Of a DNA stretch of 64,000 bases, positions 54,355 through 64,000 are shown piece by piece. Every line of letters begins with the position of its first letter. Positions within the stretch are counted from its first letter, which is position 1. Position numbers and translations under genes: made by a program. The notes below the pieces were generated by a model. That model was given only the letters and a program-made list of their open reading frames with translations. It searched no databases and was not told the DNA's origin. Origin of the DNA: Alphaproteobacteria bacterium (lineage in GTDB: Bacteria > Pseudomonadota > Alphaproteobacteria > MPNO01); contig OZ219866.1 in the NCBI GenBank assembly GCA_964291675.2, positions 480,001-544,000 on the forward strand, given 5' to 3'.

Positions 54355-54990
54355 TCACCCATCGGTCTGGGGCCTGATATAGCGGTCCGGATCGAAATCG
54401 AACACGCTGCGGTCGATGGAGCGGTTGAAGCTCGGCCGCACCAGCGCGACCCGCGTCCGCACGCCCTTGGGATCGATCACCACCCAGTTCCTGAGGACGA
54501 GCGGGTTCCGCCCGAAGGTCAGGATCACCGAGCCCGCCTCGGGTTCCTCCGACCGCACGACCTCGACGCGGATCGTCTTGGCATCCATGCCGATCCCGGC
54601 GACCTGCACCTTGCCCGACAGCGAGACCTTGTCGCCCACCAGAAACGCAGCAGGGGTACGCGACAGCGGCACGTGGGTGACTTCCTCGAGCTCGGTGTCG
54701 ATATAGATCAGCCAGGAACCGTTGACGTAGATCTGCAGCGTGGACGGCGGTTGGTAGTCGAGCCGCATGCTGTCGGGCCGCGCGACATAAATCCTGCCAC
54801 GGGCGAAATCGCCGTTGGAGGAGGACTGAATGAAGTCCGATTCGATCGTCCGCAGGCTGCCGAGATAGGCTTCGATGCGCTCCACCGTCTGGGCGGCGTT
54901 CTCGGCGGCGGAGAATGCCGGCACGGAAGCGGCAAACCCCGCGGCCAAAGCGAGCGCGGCGAAGAGCCGGGCGAAGGGAGTGTGCTTCAT
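54355..54990 (-). CDS. lolA: Outer-membrane lipoprotein carrier LolA
   Basis: Signal peptide, FIQ, RP-x2-MRLDY, PLSRTPA; directly after ftsK. Confidence 0.88.
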   Translation of the reverse strand: MKHTPFARLFAALALAAGFAASVPAFSAAENAAQTVERIEAYLGSLRTIESDFIQSSSNGDFARGRIYVARPDSMRLDYQPPSTLQIYVNGSWLIYIDTELEEVTHVPLSRTPAAFLVGDKVSLSGKVQVAGIGMDAKTIRVEVVRSEEPEAGSVILTFGRNPLVLRNWVVIDPKGVRTRVALVRPSFNRSIDRSVFDFDPDRYIRPQTDG

Positions 54991-55065
54991 GCGCGTGCCA
55001 TACCAGTGGGCGCCAAACCGCGGCCGGACCGCAAGGCTGCGGGTTCGCGCACCCTGCACCCTACA

Positions 55066-57411
55066 CTAGTCGGCTGCGGGCGCGAGCACCTGACGCTTGC
55101 CGACATGGTTGGGCGGGCTGACGACCCCGTCCGCCTCCATCCGCTCGATGATCCGGGCCGCCCTGTTGTAGCCGATCTTGAGATGCCGCTGGACGAAGCT
55201 GGTGGAGGCCTTGCCTTCCCGGCATACCAGCGCGAGCGCCTCGTCGTAAAGGGTGTCCGCCTCGCCGTCGCCGCCGAGGAGATCGGCGGGCGCGGCCGGA
55301 TCGACCGCCTCGGTGACATCCTCGACATAGTCCGGTTCGCCCTGTTCGCGCAGAAAGCCGACCACGCGCTCGACCTCCTCGTCGGTGACCAGCGGACCGT
55401 GGACGCGGCTGATCCGCCCGCCGCCGGCCATGTACAGCATGTCGCCCTGTCCGAGGAGCTGCTCGGCCCCGCCCTCGCCCAGGATCGTCCGGCTGTCGAT
55501 CTTGGAGGTGACCTGAAAGCTGACCCTGGTCGGAAAATTGGCCTTGATGGTGCCGGTGATCACGTCGACGGAAGGCCTCTGGGTCGCCATGATCAGGTGA
55601 ATGCCGGCGGCGCGCGCCATCTGCGACAGGCGCTGAACCGCCCCTTCGACCTCCTTGCCGGAGACCAGCATCAGATCGGCCATCTCGTCGACGATCACCA
55701 CGATGAAGGGAAGCGGCGTCAGGTCGATGGGCTCCTCCTCTTCCACCGGCCGGCCCTCGGCGTCGAACCCGGTTCGCACGGTGCGCGTAAGCACCTCGCC
55801 CTTTTTCTTCGCCTGCTCCAGCCGCGCGTTGAAACCGGCGATGTTGCGCACCCCGAGAGTCGACATCGCGCGGTACCTGTCCTCCATCTCGCGCACCGCC
55901 CAGCGCAGCGCGACCACCGCCTTGCCCGGATCGGTGACGACCGGCGTCAGCAGATGCGGAATCCCGTCATAGACCGACAGCTCGAGCATCTTGGGGTCGA
56001 TCATGATCAGCCGGCATCGTTCGGGAGAGAGCCGGTAGAGCAACGACAGCACCATGGTGTTGATCGCGACCGACTTGCCGGAGCCGGTCGTGCCGGCGAT
56101 CAGAAGATGCGGCATGCGGGCGAGGTCGACCAGGATCGGCGTGCCGCCGATATCCTTGCCGAGAACCAGGATCAGCGAGCCGCTCGCCCGGTCGAGGGCG
56201 GTGGATTCGAGCAGCTCGCGCAGCGCGACGATTTCCCGCCCCCGGTTCGGCACCTCGACGCCGATCACGCTGCGTCCGGGCACCACCGCGGCGCGCACCG
56301 AGACCGCGCTCATCGAGCGGGCGACATCGTCGGCCAGCCCGATCACCCGGGACGACTTGGTGCCGGGCGCGGGCTCGAGCTCGTAGAGCGTCACCACCGG
56401 GCCCGGGCGCACCCGGGTGATCGTGCCCTGGACGCCGAAATCGTTGAACACCGATTCGAGCAGGCGCGCGTTCTCCTGCAGCGCATCCGCATCGACGTTC
56501 GACGAGCGCGGCGGCGGCGGCGGCGGTGCCAGCAGGTCGAGCGGCGGCGTCCGGTAGACGGCGCCCGCGGCCTCGAAGTCGAGCTTGGGTTGGCGGCGCC
56601 GGCTCGCGCGTTCGGGCTGGCGCGGCCTGGGAGCGTCCATGGCGACGACCGGCGCGCTCTCCGCCTTGGTTTGGACGGGCGCGGGGCGGCCGACCTCCGG
56701 CTCCTGCTTTACGGATGGCGGGGCCTCCCGCGCGGCGGCAAAACGGCGCAGCGGGCTGACGAGACCGCGCCCGGCAAGACGCGCGGCGCGCCACGCGGCC
56801 CGGCCGATGGCCAACCATTCGCGCCGCTCCATTCCCATCGCGAGCAGACAGGCCGCAAGGCCGAGGACACCGAAGAAAGCGGCGACCGCCTCGCTGCCGA
56901 CGGTAAGGCGCCGCAGCACCGGCTCGCTCAACGCCGCCAACGCCATTTCGCCGAGCAGGCCCCCGGCGCCGGCGGGCAAGGGCCAGGACGGCTGCACCGG
57001 CAGGGCGCTGAACGTCATGGCGCCCAGGAACAGCGCTCCCGGCAGCATGGTGAATCTGAGCCACAGCGGACCCAGCCCGCGATGGGAGGCGATCCGCCAG
57101 GCCCAGGACAGCAGGACCAGCGGCAGCAGCCAGGCCGCAAAGCCCGTCGTCTGGGCGAAGAAATCGGCAAACCACGCCCCCGGGATTCCGAGCGCGTTGT
57201 GCGTTGCCGCTTCCGCCTCGCCGGGGATCAAGGACAGGTCGTCGGGACGATAGGTGTAGAGCGCGATCGCGGCCGCCGCCCCGGCCGCGCCGACGGCCAG
57301 GCCGCAGAGCTCGACCAGCCGGCGCCGGAGAAAACCGGCGATGCGCGACGTCCGGCCGCGGCGACCGGGGACCATGACCACGGCATCGCCCGTCTCCCGC
57401 GCCCCGGCCAT
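55066..57411 (-). CDS. ftsK: DNA translocase FtsK
   Basis: 4TM N-terminus, GPVVTLYE, PHLLIAGTTGSGKSV, VDEMADLM, ATQRPSVDVITG, gamma domain QRHLKIGYNRAAR. Confidence 0.96.
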   Translation of the reverse strand: MAGARETGDAVVMVPGRRGRTSRIAGFLRRRLVELCGLAVGAAGAAAAIALYTYRPDDLSLIPGEAEAATHNALGIPGAWFADFFAQTTGFAAWLLPLVLLSWAWRIASHRGLGPLWLRFTMLPGALFLGAMTFSALPVQPSWPLPAGAGGLLGEMALAALSEPVLRRLTVGSEAVAAFFGVLGLAACLLAMGMERREWLAIGRAAWRAARLAGRGLVSPLRRFAAAREAPPSVKQEPEVGRPAPVQTKAESAPVVAMDAPRPRQPERASRRRQPKLDFEAAGAVYRTPPLDLLAPPPPPPRSSNVDADALQENARLLESVFNDFGVQGTITRVRPGPVVTLYELEPAPGTKSSRVIGLADDVARSMSAVSVRAAVVPGRSVIGVEVPNRGREIVALRELLESTALDRASGSLILVLGKDIGGTPILVDLARMPHLLIAGTTGSGKSVAINTMVLSLLYRLSPERCRLIMIDPKMLELSVYDGIPHLLTPVVTDPGKAVVALRWAVREMEDRYRAMSTLGVRNIAGFNARLEQAKKKGEVLTRTVRTGFDAEGRPVEEEEPIDLTPLPFIVVIVDEMADLMLVSGKEVEGAVQRLSQMARAAGIHLIMATQRPSVDVITGTIKANFPTRVSFQVTSKIDSRTILGEGGAEQLLGQGDMLYMAGGGRISRVHGPLVTDEEVERVVGFLREQGEPDYVEDVTEAVDPAAPADLLGGDGEADTLYDEALALVCREGKASTSFVQRHLKIGYNRAARIIERMEADGVVSPPNHVGKRQVLAPAAD

Positions 57412-58607
57412 CACAACACCCCGGCCAGCCGGGTCAGCGCATCGCGCGCGGTATCGCGGTCGTGCACCAGCGCCACCCGGATATAGCGCCGGCCCGGATC
57501 GTCCCCGTCCCCGCCGGGACGCGCGACATAGCAGCCGGGGAGAACCCGCACCGCGGCCTCGGCCCAGAGGCGACGCGCCGCCGCCTCCCCGTCGCCGACA
57601 TCGAGCCACAGGTAGAACCCCCCCGGCGGCCGGTAGAATCCGAGCCGGCCGTCGAGCAGCTCCTGTGCGATGTCGATCTTGTCGCGATAGAGCCGGCGGC
57701 TCGCCTCGACATGCCCTTCGTCCGCGAGCAAGGCTTCGGCCGCCGCCAGAAGCGGCATGGGCGGCGCCGCGCCGCCATGGTCCCGGAGCCGGACATAGAC
57801 GTCCATGAACTCGGCGTCGCCGATGGCGAACCCGACGCGCAGACCGGGGACGCTGGACCGCTTGGACAGCGAGTTGAAGACCACGACCTTTTCGAGCCCG
57901 CCGCCGAGGTCCCGGCAGGCCTCGATCATGCCGGGCGGCGGCGGACGGCCCCGGTCGTAGATCTCGCTGTAGCATTCGTCGGAGACCAGCACGAAGTCGT
58001 GCCGGCGGGCGAGCCCGACCAACCGCGCCAGACGGCCGAGCCCGGCGATCGCACCCTGCGGGTTGGACGGGGTGCAGAAATAGGCCAGCGCAACGCGCGC
58101 CAGGATATCGGGATCGACACCCTCGTAATCGGGCAGGAAGCCGTTTGCCGCATCCGCGGGCACGCAGACCGGCTCCGCGCCGGCCGCGATCGCGGCGCCG
58201 AGATAGACCTGGTAGAACGGGTTGGGCATGAGCACGACCGGCCGGCCGCCCGCCTTGCGCTCGGGCACCGCCGCCAGCGCCGCCATGAACAACGCTTCGC
58301 GGGTGCCCGAGACCGGCACCACGTTGCGCGCCGGGTCGATCGCCGTTTCCGGGCAGCGGTAGCGTCGGCAGGCCCAAGCGGCGATGGCGGTGCGCGCACC
58401 GTCGGTTCCGCGCATCGGCGGGTAGCGGCCCCACAGCTCGTGCTCGGAAAGGATCGCGTCCCGGATCATGCAGGGCGGCGCATGGCGCGGCTCGCCGAGG
58501 GAGAGCGCGATCGGCTCCAGCCCGGGCGCCGGCCGGACCGGGCCGAGCAGCGCGCGCAGGCGATCGAAGGGATAGGCGCCGATCTGAGAGAGACGGTCGT
58601 TCAGCAT
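57411..58607 (-). CDS. Class I/II PLP aminotransferase (DapC-like)
   Basis: YPF, GEP, GTREALF, NPFYQVY, PSNPQG, SDECYSEIY, SLSKRS. Confidence 0.87.
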   Translation of the reverse strand: MLNDRLSQIGAYPFDRLRALLGPVRPAPGLEPIALSLGEPRHAPPCMIRDAILSEHELWGRYPPMRGTDGARTAIAAWACRRYRCPETAIDPARNVVPVSGTREALFMAALAAVPERKAGGRPVVLMPNPFYQVYLGAAIAAGAEPVCVPADAANGFLPDYEGVDPDILARVALAYFCTPSNPQGAIAGLGRLARLVGLARRHDFVLVSDECYSEIYDRGRPPPPGMIEACRDLGGGLEKVVVFNSLSKRSSVPGLRVGFAIGDAEFMDVYVRLRDHGGAAPPMPLLAAAEALLADEGHVEASRRLYRDKIDIAQELLDGRLGFYRPPGGFYLWLDVGDGEAAARRLWAEAAVRVLPGCYVARPGGDGDDPGRRYIRVALVHDRDTARDALTRLAGVL

Positions 58608-58858
58608 TGGCCGGCCATGGCTCCGGGCAAGCCGCGCACTCTAGCCGCAAGCGAGGCTGGCGCACAAGCGCCGCTTCATCCCGTTACCTACAGTATATTG
58701 AGGGCCTGTTTCGAATCTTTCCCAGATATTGGGGCGATTCGTATCGACCCGTTATGTCGGAGCCGGACCTGTCCGGCCCCCCGCGAACCGGCAGGGCGCG
58801 CTATAGTGGCAGCAGGATCGGTCGATCCCGATGCGGGAATGACGGCGGCGGCCAGGCG

Positions 58859-60064
58859 ATGGACTTCCAGGTAGTTGTCGGCGGGGGCGGCATGGTGGGC
58901 CTCACCCTCGCCGCCGCGCTGGGTGCCGCCGGGGTGACGGTCGCGGTGGTCGACCGGAGACCGGCGTCGACGATGAAGGCGCCGTCCTTCGACGGCCGCG
59001 TATCGGCCATCGCGCGCGGCTCGCGCACCATACTGGACGCGATCGGCGTCTGGGACGGGATGGCGGCGGAGGCGGAGCCGATCCGCGGGATTCGCGTCTC
59101 CGACGGCGCTTCGCCGCTCCACCTCCACTACGACAGCGCGGAAGTCGGCGCCGACGCGCTCGGCTATATCGTCGAGAACCGTCACATCCGCCGCTCCCTC
59201 CTCGAACGGATCGCGGCGCTGGACGGCGTGGCTCTGCTGGACGGCAAGTCGATCGGGCGGCACGCGCGCGACCCCATCGCGGCCCGCGTCGCGCTCGACG
59301 ACGGCCGCGTCGTCACCGCCTTCCTGTTGGTCGCGACGGATGGCCGGGACTCCCCGCTGCGACGGGCGGCCGGGCTGGGCGCGGTCGAATGGCGCTACGA
59401 CCAGACCGGGATCGTCTGCACCGTCGCTCACGAACGGCCGCATCGCGGCATCGCCCAGGAGCGGTTCCTGCCGGCCGGCCCGTTCGCGATCCTGCCGATG
59501 ACCGGGCACCGCTCGTCGATCGTCTGGACCGAGAAGGCGGACATCGCGGCGCGCATCCTCGCGCTCCCGCCGGACGGGTTTGCCGACGAGCTCGCATGGC
59601 GGTTTACCGGCTATCTCGGCGCGCTCAAGGTCGAGGGGCCGGTGTTCTCCTATCCGCTGGCGCTGACGCTGGCGGAGCGCTATACGGCGAACCGGCTTGC
59701 CGTGGCGGGCGATGCGGCGCATGCGATCCATCCGATCGCGGGCCAGGGCTTCAATCTCGGCATCCGCGACGCGGCGGCGCTCGCCGAGGTGATCGTCGAT
59801 GCCGCGCGGCTCGGTCTCGACATCGGCGCGGCGACGGCGCTGGCGCGCTATGCGCGCTGGCGGCGGGCCGACAATCTGGCGATGCTTGCCGCCACCGACG
59901 GGCTGAACCGGCTGTTCTCCAACGACCACGCCGCGCTGGCGCTGGGCCGACGGCTGGGCCTGGCGGCGGTCGGCCGGATCCCGCCCCTCAAGCGCCTGTT
60001 CATGCGCCATGCGATGGGCGAGCTCGGCGAAAAGCCGCGCCTCGCCCGGGGAATCCCCCTCTGA
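58859..60064 (+). CDS. UbiH/UbiL family FAD ubiquinone-biosynthesis hydroxylase
   Basis: GGGMVG, DGRVSAI, DGRDS, YDQ, GDAAHAIHPIAGQGFNLG. Confidence 0.92.
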   Translation: MDFQVVVGGGGMVGLTLAAALGAAGVTVAVVDRRPASTMKAPSFDGRVSAIARGSRTILDAIGVWDGMAAEAEPIRGIRVSDGASPLHLHYDSAEVGADALGYIVENRHIRRSLLERIAALDGVALLDGKSIGRHARDPIAARVALDDGRVVTAFLLVATDGRDSPLRRAAGLGAVEWRYDQTGIVCTVAHERPHRGIAQERFLPAGPFAILPMTGHRSSIVWTEKADIAARILALPPDGFADELAWRFTGYLGALKVEGPVFSYPLALTLAERYTANRLAVAGDAAHAIHPIAGQGFNLGIRDAAALAEVIVDAARLGLDIGAATALARYARWRRADNLAMLAATDGLNRLFSNDHAALALGRRLGLAAVGRIPPLKRLFMRHAMGELGEKPRLARGIPL

Positions 60065-60079
60065 TTGCGCCTCGGCGGC

Positions 60080-60895
60080 TCACGCCGCATCGATGTCGAG
60101 TATCTCCGCCACCTCCGGCCAGCTCTTGGCACCGTTCGCCCTGAGCTGCCCGGTCAGCTCCGCGGGCATCCAGTCCCAGATCGCCGGCTGAAAGCTCGCC
60201 CGCGCCTTGACGTTGCCGAGCCAGGCCTCGACGCGGGGCAGCCTGCCGCCGGACCACATCCCCTGCATCGACAGCATGTCGAGCCGCATCACATAGGGCG
60301 TCACGGCGATGTCGGCGAAGCTGTACCCGTCGCCGACCAGCCAGTCGCCCTCCTGCAGCGCCTCCTCCATCTTGTGCAGGTAGCGGTCGTAGAGCTCCAC
60401 CTTGCCGCGCGCGTCCGGCGCCTCGAAGCCGAGCCGCACATAGGTCTTCTTGCGCTCGTGCCAGTCCGCGGACACCGAGAAGGGCGGCGTGGAATCGAGG
60501 AATTCCTGCATCCGTTCCTCCCCCAGCGCCCGGATCGTGTGGCGGTGGGACGACATGAAGGTCAGCGCGCCGCAGGCCGGATGAAGCTCCTCGTCCACCG
60601 CCTTGGTCCAGTAGCGCACCTCGGCGCGCAGCACCGGGTCCTCGGGGCGTATCCGGCGGTCGGCGAACACGTCGTCGAGATACTCGCAGATCACCGACGA
60701 TTCCCGGATCGTCGTCCCGTCATGCACCAGGGTCGGGACCACCGCCTTCGGGTTGAGCTTCCTGTATTCGGGCGTGAACTGCTCGCCCTTGAGGATGTCG
60801 ATGTAATGCCCCTCCCAGGCCAGATGCTTCTCTTCGAGATAAAGCCGCACCTTCGCCGCGCAGACGGACGAGCCGTGGTGGTAGAGCTCAAGCAT
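60080..60895 (-). CDS. Glutathione S-transferase family protein (Cys-type, long)
   Basis: SVCAAKVR, LNPKAVVPTL, ESSVICEYLD, YSFADI. Confidence 0.9.
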   Translation of the reverse strand: MLELYHHGSSVCAAKVRLYLEEKHLAWEGHYIDILKGEQFTPEYRKLNPKAVVPTLVHDGTTIRESSVICEYLDDVFADRRIRPEDPVLRAEVRYWTKAVDEELHPACGALTFMSSHRHTIRALGEERMQEFLDSTPPFSVSADWHERKKTYVRLGFEAPDARGKVELYDRYLHKMEEALQEGDWLVGDGYSFADIAVTPYVMRLDMLSMQGMWSGGRLPRVEAWLGNVKARASFQPAIWDWMPAELTGQLRANGAKSWPEVAEILDIDAA

Positions 60896-60932
60896 GTTCT
60901 TCTTTCCCGCTGTTCGTCCGCGGTCCCGGCGC

Positions 60933-61307
60933 TCAGGGATCGCGGCTCAACCCCGCGCCTTCCAGCGCCTCCAGATACTCTCGCCACAGCCGGTCCCGGT
61001 TGCGGCCCAGCTCGTACAGATAGCTCCACGAGTACAACCCGGTATCGTGCAGGTCGTCGAACACGATGCGCACGGCGTAGTTGCCCACCGGCTCCAGCGT
61101 CATGATGCCGACGTGACGCCGTCCGGCGACCAGCTGCTTCTGGCCCGGCCCGTGCCCGCGGACTTCCGCCGACGGGCTCTCGACGCGCAGGAATTCCGCA
61201 GGCAGGGCGAATGAGGCGCCGTCGTCGAACTCGACTTCGAGGATCTTCTCCGCCGATCTGAGGCGCAGCGCGGTGGGCCAGGGCGTGGACACTTCGCGGC
61301 TCGCCAC
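60933..61307 (-). CDS. DUF971 (GBBH-like N-terminal) protein
   Basis: EFLRVESPSAEVRGH, VGNYAV, FDDLHDTGLYSW. Confidence 0.9.
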   Translation of the reverse strand: MASREVSTPWPTALRLRSAEKILEVEFDDGASFALPAEFLRVESPSAEVRGHGPGQKQLVAGRRHVGIMTLEPVGNYAVRIVFDDLHDTGLYSWSYLYELGRNRDRLWREYLEALEGAGLSRDP

Positions 61308-61308
61308 A

Positions 61309-61542
61309 TCAGTCCCCGGCGATTCGGCGCGCCTCGTCGACCAGCATGATCGGTATGCCGTCGCGGATCGGAAAGGCCAGGCCGGCGCGGTCGCTGACCA
61401 GCTCCTGAGCCGCCTCGTCGTAGCGCAGCGGCCCCTTGGTGAGCGGACAGACCAGGATCTCGAGCAGCTTCGGATCGATCGGGCGGTTGCGCGCGGCGCG
61501 GGGCTCGGGATCGGCCGTCGCGCTCGCTGTCTCCTCTGCCAT
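61309..61542 (-). CDS. Trm112/YcaR family protein
   Basis: [26 protein letters not shown]. Confidence 0.92.
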   Translation of the reverse strand: MAEETASATADPEPRAARNRPIDPKLLEILVCPLTKGPLRYDEAAQELVSDRAGLAFPIRDGIPIMLVDEARRIAGD

Positions 61543-61559
61543 GGACGCGCCTCCCCGCC

Positions 61560-62234
61560 CTACTGCCTGGTCTGGCCTTCGTCGTGAGGGCGCTCGAGAA
61601 GCGCCATTTCCAGCAGGGTCATGACGATCTCGGCCCGTTCGGCGGTGCCCGGGGCTTCGAGCAGCGCCTGTTTCTCGCTGGTCCGGAAGGGGCACATCAT
61701 GGCCAGCGAGTCGATCAGCCGGGAGTCCTCGGTGCCCTCGATCGCTTCCCAGTTGGCGTCCACGTCCTGCTGGCGCAGATAGGCCCGGAGCGCGTTCAGC
61801 AAGCGCTCGCGGTCGACCGCGATCTTCGTCGTCGGCTCCGCCAGGTCGTCGCGGAAGGCGCCGAAACGGGCCTGTACCCGGCGATAGCCGTCGCGCGGGG
61901 CGAGCTCCCGGTCGACCGCGAAGCGGATCAGCCCCTTGAGGGTGATCAGGTAGCGCCCGTCTTCGGTCTCGCCGAACGAGACGATGCGCCCGGCGCATCC
62001 GGTGCGGTAGACTTCGGGCTCGCCGGGGCCGGTCTGCTGCTGCTGGTGCTGCGGCTGGATCATGCCGATCAGTCGCTGCGGCGCCGCGAGGGCGGCCGCG
62101 GTCATGTTGAGGTAGCGCGGCTCGAATATGTTGAGCGGCAGCCGGCTTCCGGGCAGCAACAGCGCGCCACCGAGCGGGAATATCGGAATCGCTTCCGGCA
62201 ACTCCTCGAATTCCGGGTCGAACGGAGCCGCCAT
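61560..62234 (-). CDS. LON peptidase substrate-binding domain protein
   Basis: [38 protein letters not shown]. Confidence 0.92.
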   Translation of the reverse strand: MAAPFDPEFEELPEAIPIFPLGGALLLPGSRLPLNIFEPRYLNMTAAALAAPQRLIGMIQPQHQQQQTGPGEPEVYRTGCAGRIVSFGETEDGRYLITLKGLIRFAVDRELAPRDGYRRVQARFGAFRDDLAEPTTKIAVDRERLLNALRAYLRQQDVDANWEAIEGTEDSRLIDSLAMMCPFRTSEKQALLEAPGTAERAEIVMTLLEMALLERPHDEGQTRQ

Positions 62235-63148
62235 CAGGAGAACAGGATGGCGGACAGCTTGCGCCGTCCGGCGACGGTCACCGGGTCGGCGGGACCCAGC
62301 GCCTCGAACAGCTCGAGCAGCTGCTTGCGCGCCGCCTGGTCGTTCCATTCCCGTGCCCGCCTGACGATGTCGACCAGCGCGTCGATCGCCTCCTCGTTGC
62401 GCCCTTCGGCATGCAGGGCGAGCGCGAGGTCGAAGCGGGCCTGGTGGTCGTCGGGATCGGACTCGAGCCGGGACAGCAATTCGCCCCGATCGCCGGCATC
62501 GGCGGTCTTCTCGGCCAGCGCCAGCGCCGAGGCGGCGGCCTCGGCATCCGCGCCGCCGCGCGCGTCCTCGGGCAGGGTCGCAAAAATCTCGCGCGCCCGG
62601 TCGATTTCGCCCTGGCCGACCAGCGCCCGGGTGAGGCCGGCGATCCCGGCGGCGTTGTCCGGGGCGTGCTGGACCACCTGGGCATAGATCGACGCGGCGG
62701 CGCCGAAATCCTTGGCGGCCAGGCGTTCCGCGGCCTGGGCCAGGGCTTCGTCGAGCGGCGAGGCGACCGCGGTGCCCGCCGACTTGACGAGCTTGTCGAT
62801 GAACGACTTCACCTGGCTTTCCGGCAGCGCACCCTGGAACGCATCCACCGGCCGCCCGCCGGAAAACGCGAACACCGCGGGGATCGACTGGATTCGGAGC
62901 TGCTGGGCGATCTCGGGGTTCTGGTCGATGTCGATCTTGACCAGCCTGACCCCCCCGTTCGCGGCGCGGACGACCTTCTCGAGGACGGGGCCGAGCTGTT
63001 TGCAGGGCCCGCACCAGGGCGCCCAGAAATCGACCACGACGGGCACGTCCATCGAAGCCTCGATCACCTCCGCCATGAATGTGGCGGTCGAGCCGTCCTT
63101 GATCAGGTCGGCGGGCGCATCGCCCGGCTGTCCCAGGATCGTTTCCAT
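62234..63148 (-). CDS. cnoX: Chaperedoxin CnoX/YbbN (thioredoxin + TPR)
   Basis: [20 protein letters not shown] helices, C-terminal [10 protein letters not shown]. Confidence 0.9.
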   Translation of the reverse strand: METILGQPGDAPADLIKDGSTATFMAEVIEASMDVPVVVDFWAPWCGPCKQLGPVLEKVVRAANGGVRLVKIDIDQNPEIAQQLRIQSIPAVFAFSGGRPVDAFQGALPESQVKSFIDKLVKSAGTAVASPLDEALAQAAERLAAKDFGAAASIYAQVVQHAPDNAAGIAGLTRALVGQGEIDRAREIFATLPEDARGGADAEAAASALALAEKTADAGDRGELLSRLESDPDDHQARFDLALALHAEGRNEEAIDALVDIVRRAREWNDQAARKQLLELFEALGPADPVTVAGRRKLSAILFS

Positions 63149-63215
63149 CGTGCTGTTCCGTGCTTCGAATCCGCTGGGCCGCGGCCGCCGGAGACGGCCC
63201 GGGAGAACCGCGACA

Positions 63216-63246
63216 AGATGGGCGAGGAGGCTTGCCGAAGCAAGCC
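63216..63246 (-). promoter_or_regulatory. RpoH-type promoter of the cnoX operon, overlapped by a C(UUCG)G hairpin
   Basis: CTTG(63244-41)-N18-CCCATCT(63222-16); GGCTTGC-TTCG-GCAAGCC at 63246-63229. Confidence 0.55.
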
Positions 63247-63253
63247 CGGAGCG

Positions 63254-63787
63254 TCAGCCCGCCGTGGCCCGCGCCAGATCCACGACCGCCGGACGGTGGC
63301 CGAGCGCGCCGATGAAACGCAGCAGGTCGGCGGGGGCGATCGCCGTCGTGGCGTCGTTCGTCAAGGGGTGGAAATGGGCCCGTTCGGCCTCCATCACGCC
63401 GGCATCGACGATCACCCGGACCGCGTTCGCGTCGTCGTTGATCAGGGCGAAGGGGGTGACCGCCCCGGGCACCACGCCGAGATGGGCGGCGAGCCGCTCG
63501 GGGCTGGCGAAGGAGAGCCGGGCGGCGCCGATCAGCCCGGCCAGCACCTTCAGGTCGATGCGCCGGTCTTCCAGCGCCACGACCAGCCACAGCGCGCCCT
63601 TCTTGTCCTTGAGAAAAAGTGATTTGCAGTGCGCGCCGGGCAGGTCGCCGCGCAGCTCGCGGCTCTCCTCGACGGTGAATACCGGGGCATGGGTCTGGGT
63701 CTCGGTCGCGATCCCGAGGGAATCGAGCCGCTCGAACAGCAGCTTTTGCCGGGCGGCGATGGCGTCCGGCGAAACGGTCTGGCTCAT
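63254..63787 (-). CDS. ProX/YbaK prolyl-tRNA editing domain protein
   Basis: HAPVFTVEE, KSLFLKDKK, RLSFA, LGVVPGAVTPF, HPLTNDAT. Confidence 0.9.
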   Translation of the reverse strand: MSQTVSPDAIAARQKLLFERLDSLGIATETQTHAPVFTVEESRELRGDLPGAHCKSLFLKDKKGALWLVVALEDRRIDLKVLAGLIGAARLSFASPERLAAHLGVVPGAVTPFALINDDANAVRVIVDAGVMEAERAHFHPLTNDATTAIAPADLLRFIGALGHRPAVVDLARATAG

Positions 63788-63807
63788 CGTGTCCTCCAAC
63801 GCGGCGC

Positions 63808-63837
63808 TTGAACCGGGTAGGCGCCGGCGAATATACT
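63808..63837 (+). promoter_or_regulatory. sigma70 promoter of tRNA-Gly
   Basis: TTGAAC-N18-TATACT followed by a GC-rich discriminator. Confidence 0.6.
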
Positions 63838-63850
63838 CCCGCGCGTCGGC

Positions 63851-63925
63851 GCGGGTGTAGCTCAGGGGTAGAGCGCAACCTTGCCAAGGTTGAAGTCGTC
63901 GGTTCGAATCCGATCACCCGCTCCA
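63851..63925 (+). tRNA. tRNA-Gly (GCC)
   Basis: GCGGGTG/CACCCGC acceptor stem, D arm GCTC/GAGC, anticodon arm CAACC-TTGCCAA-GGTTG, T loop TTCGAAT, encoded CCA. Confidence 0.97.
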
Positions 63926-63953
63926 ATTCGCCCCGGGATCACGGAATCTGCCC

Positions 63954-64000
63954 ATGAACAATGTCGGCAATTGGGTGATCGGCGGCAGCTCCGCGGTGCT
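63954..64000 (+). CDS. Possible start of a CDS (MNNVGNWVIGGSSAVL...), truncated by the window edge
   Basis: ATG 63954 with a weak GGA upstream; only about 15 codons visible. Confidence 0.3.
   Translation, partial: MNNVGNWVIGGSSAV

Noticed and set aside
55066-58665. 1199-aa FtsK, and likewise the 788-aa ORF 61560..63926
   Set aside because: Stop-free alternative frames over upstream genes; real starts are 57411 and 62234 (TGATG coupling).
63851-64000. tRNA-Gly as an integration site
   Set aside because: No duplicate of its 3' end noticed in the window and no integrase; only 75 bp downstream are visible.

Overview
High-GC (roughly 70% by eye) chromosomal window of an alphaproteobacterium, probably Rhodospirillales-like judging by the class I LysRS, the mdh-sucCDAB-lpdA order and the bolA/J-domain/cobST and ubi-trm112-LON-cnoX neighbourhoods. 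1-27 kb is housekeeping: priA, fsa/tal, DUF484, xerC, TCA genes, zapE, dinG, lysS, ilvE-like, sufE, rpmB, cobST. 27.3-45.0 kb is an accessory catabolic block of two convergent gene sets with no regulator: three TRAP transporters, an RNase Z/AtsA-like MBL hydrolase, an orphan Rieske oxygenase alpha/beta pair, a three-subunit acetone-carboxylase/hydantoinase-like enzyme and a SorT/SorU-type sulfite dehydrogenase. 45.3-50.4 kb is a signalling cassette: an unannotated AT-hook + winged-helix protein, an OmpR-type regulator, a K-box-like direct repeat, a Crp/Fnr protein with a non-FixK recognition helix, a universal stress protein and a FixL-heme-PAS hybrid kinase. 50.4-64 kb returns to mostly core genes (xth, puuD-like, lolA, ftsK, dapC-like, Ubi hydroxylase, cnoX, ProX, tRNA-Gly) and includes a stand-alone KamA radical SAM enzyme. 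No CRISPR, prophage, IS or rRNA was seen. All calls come from motif recognition by eye; no searches were run.
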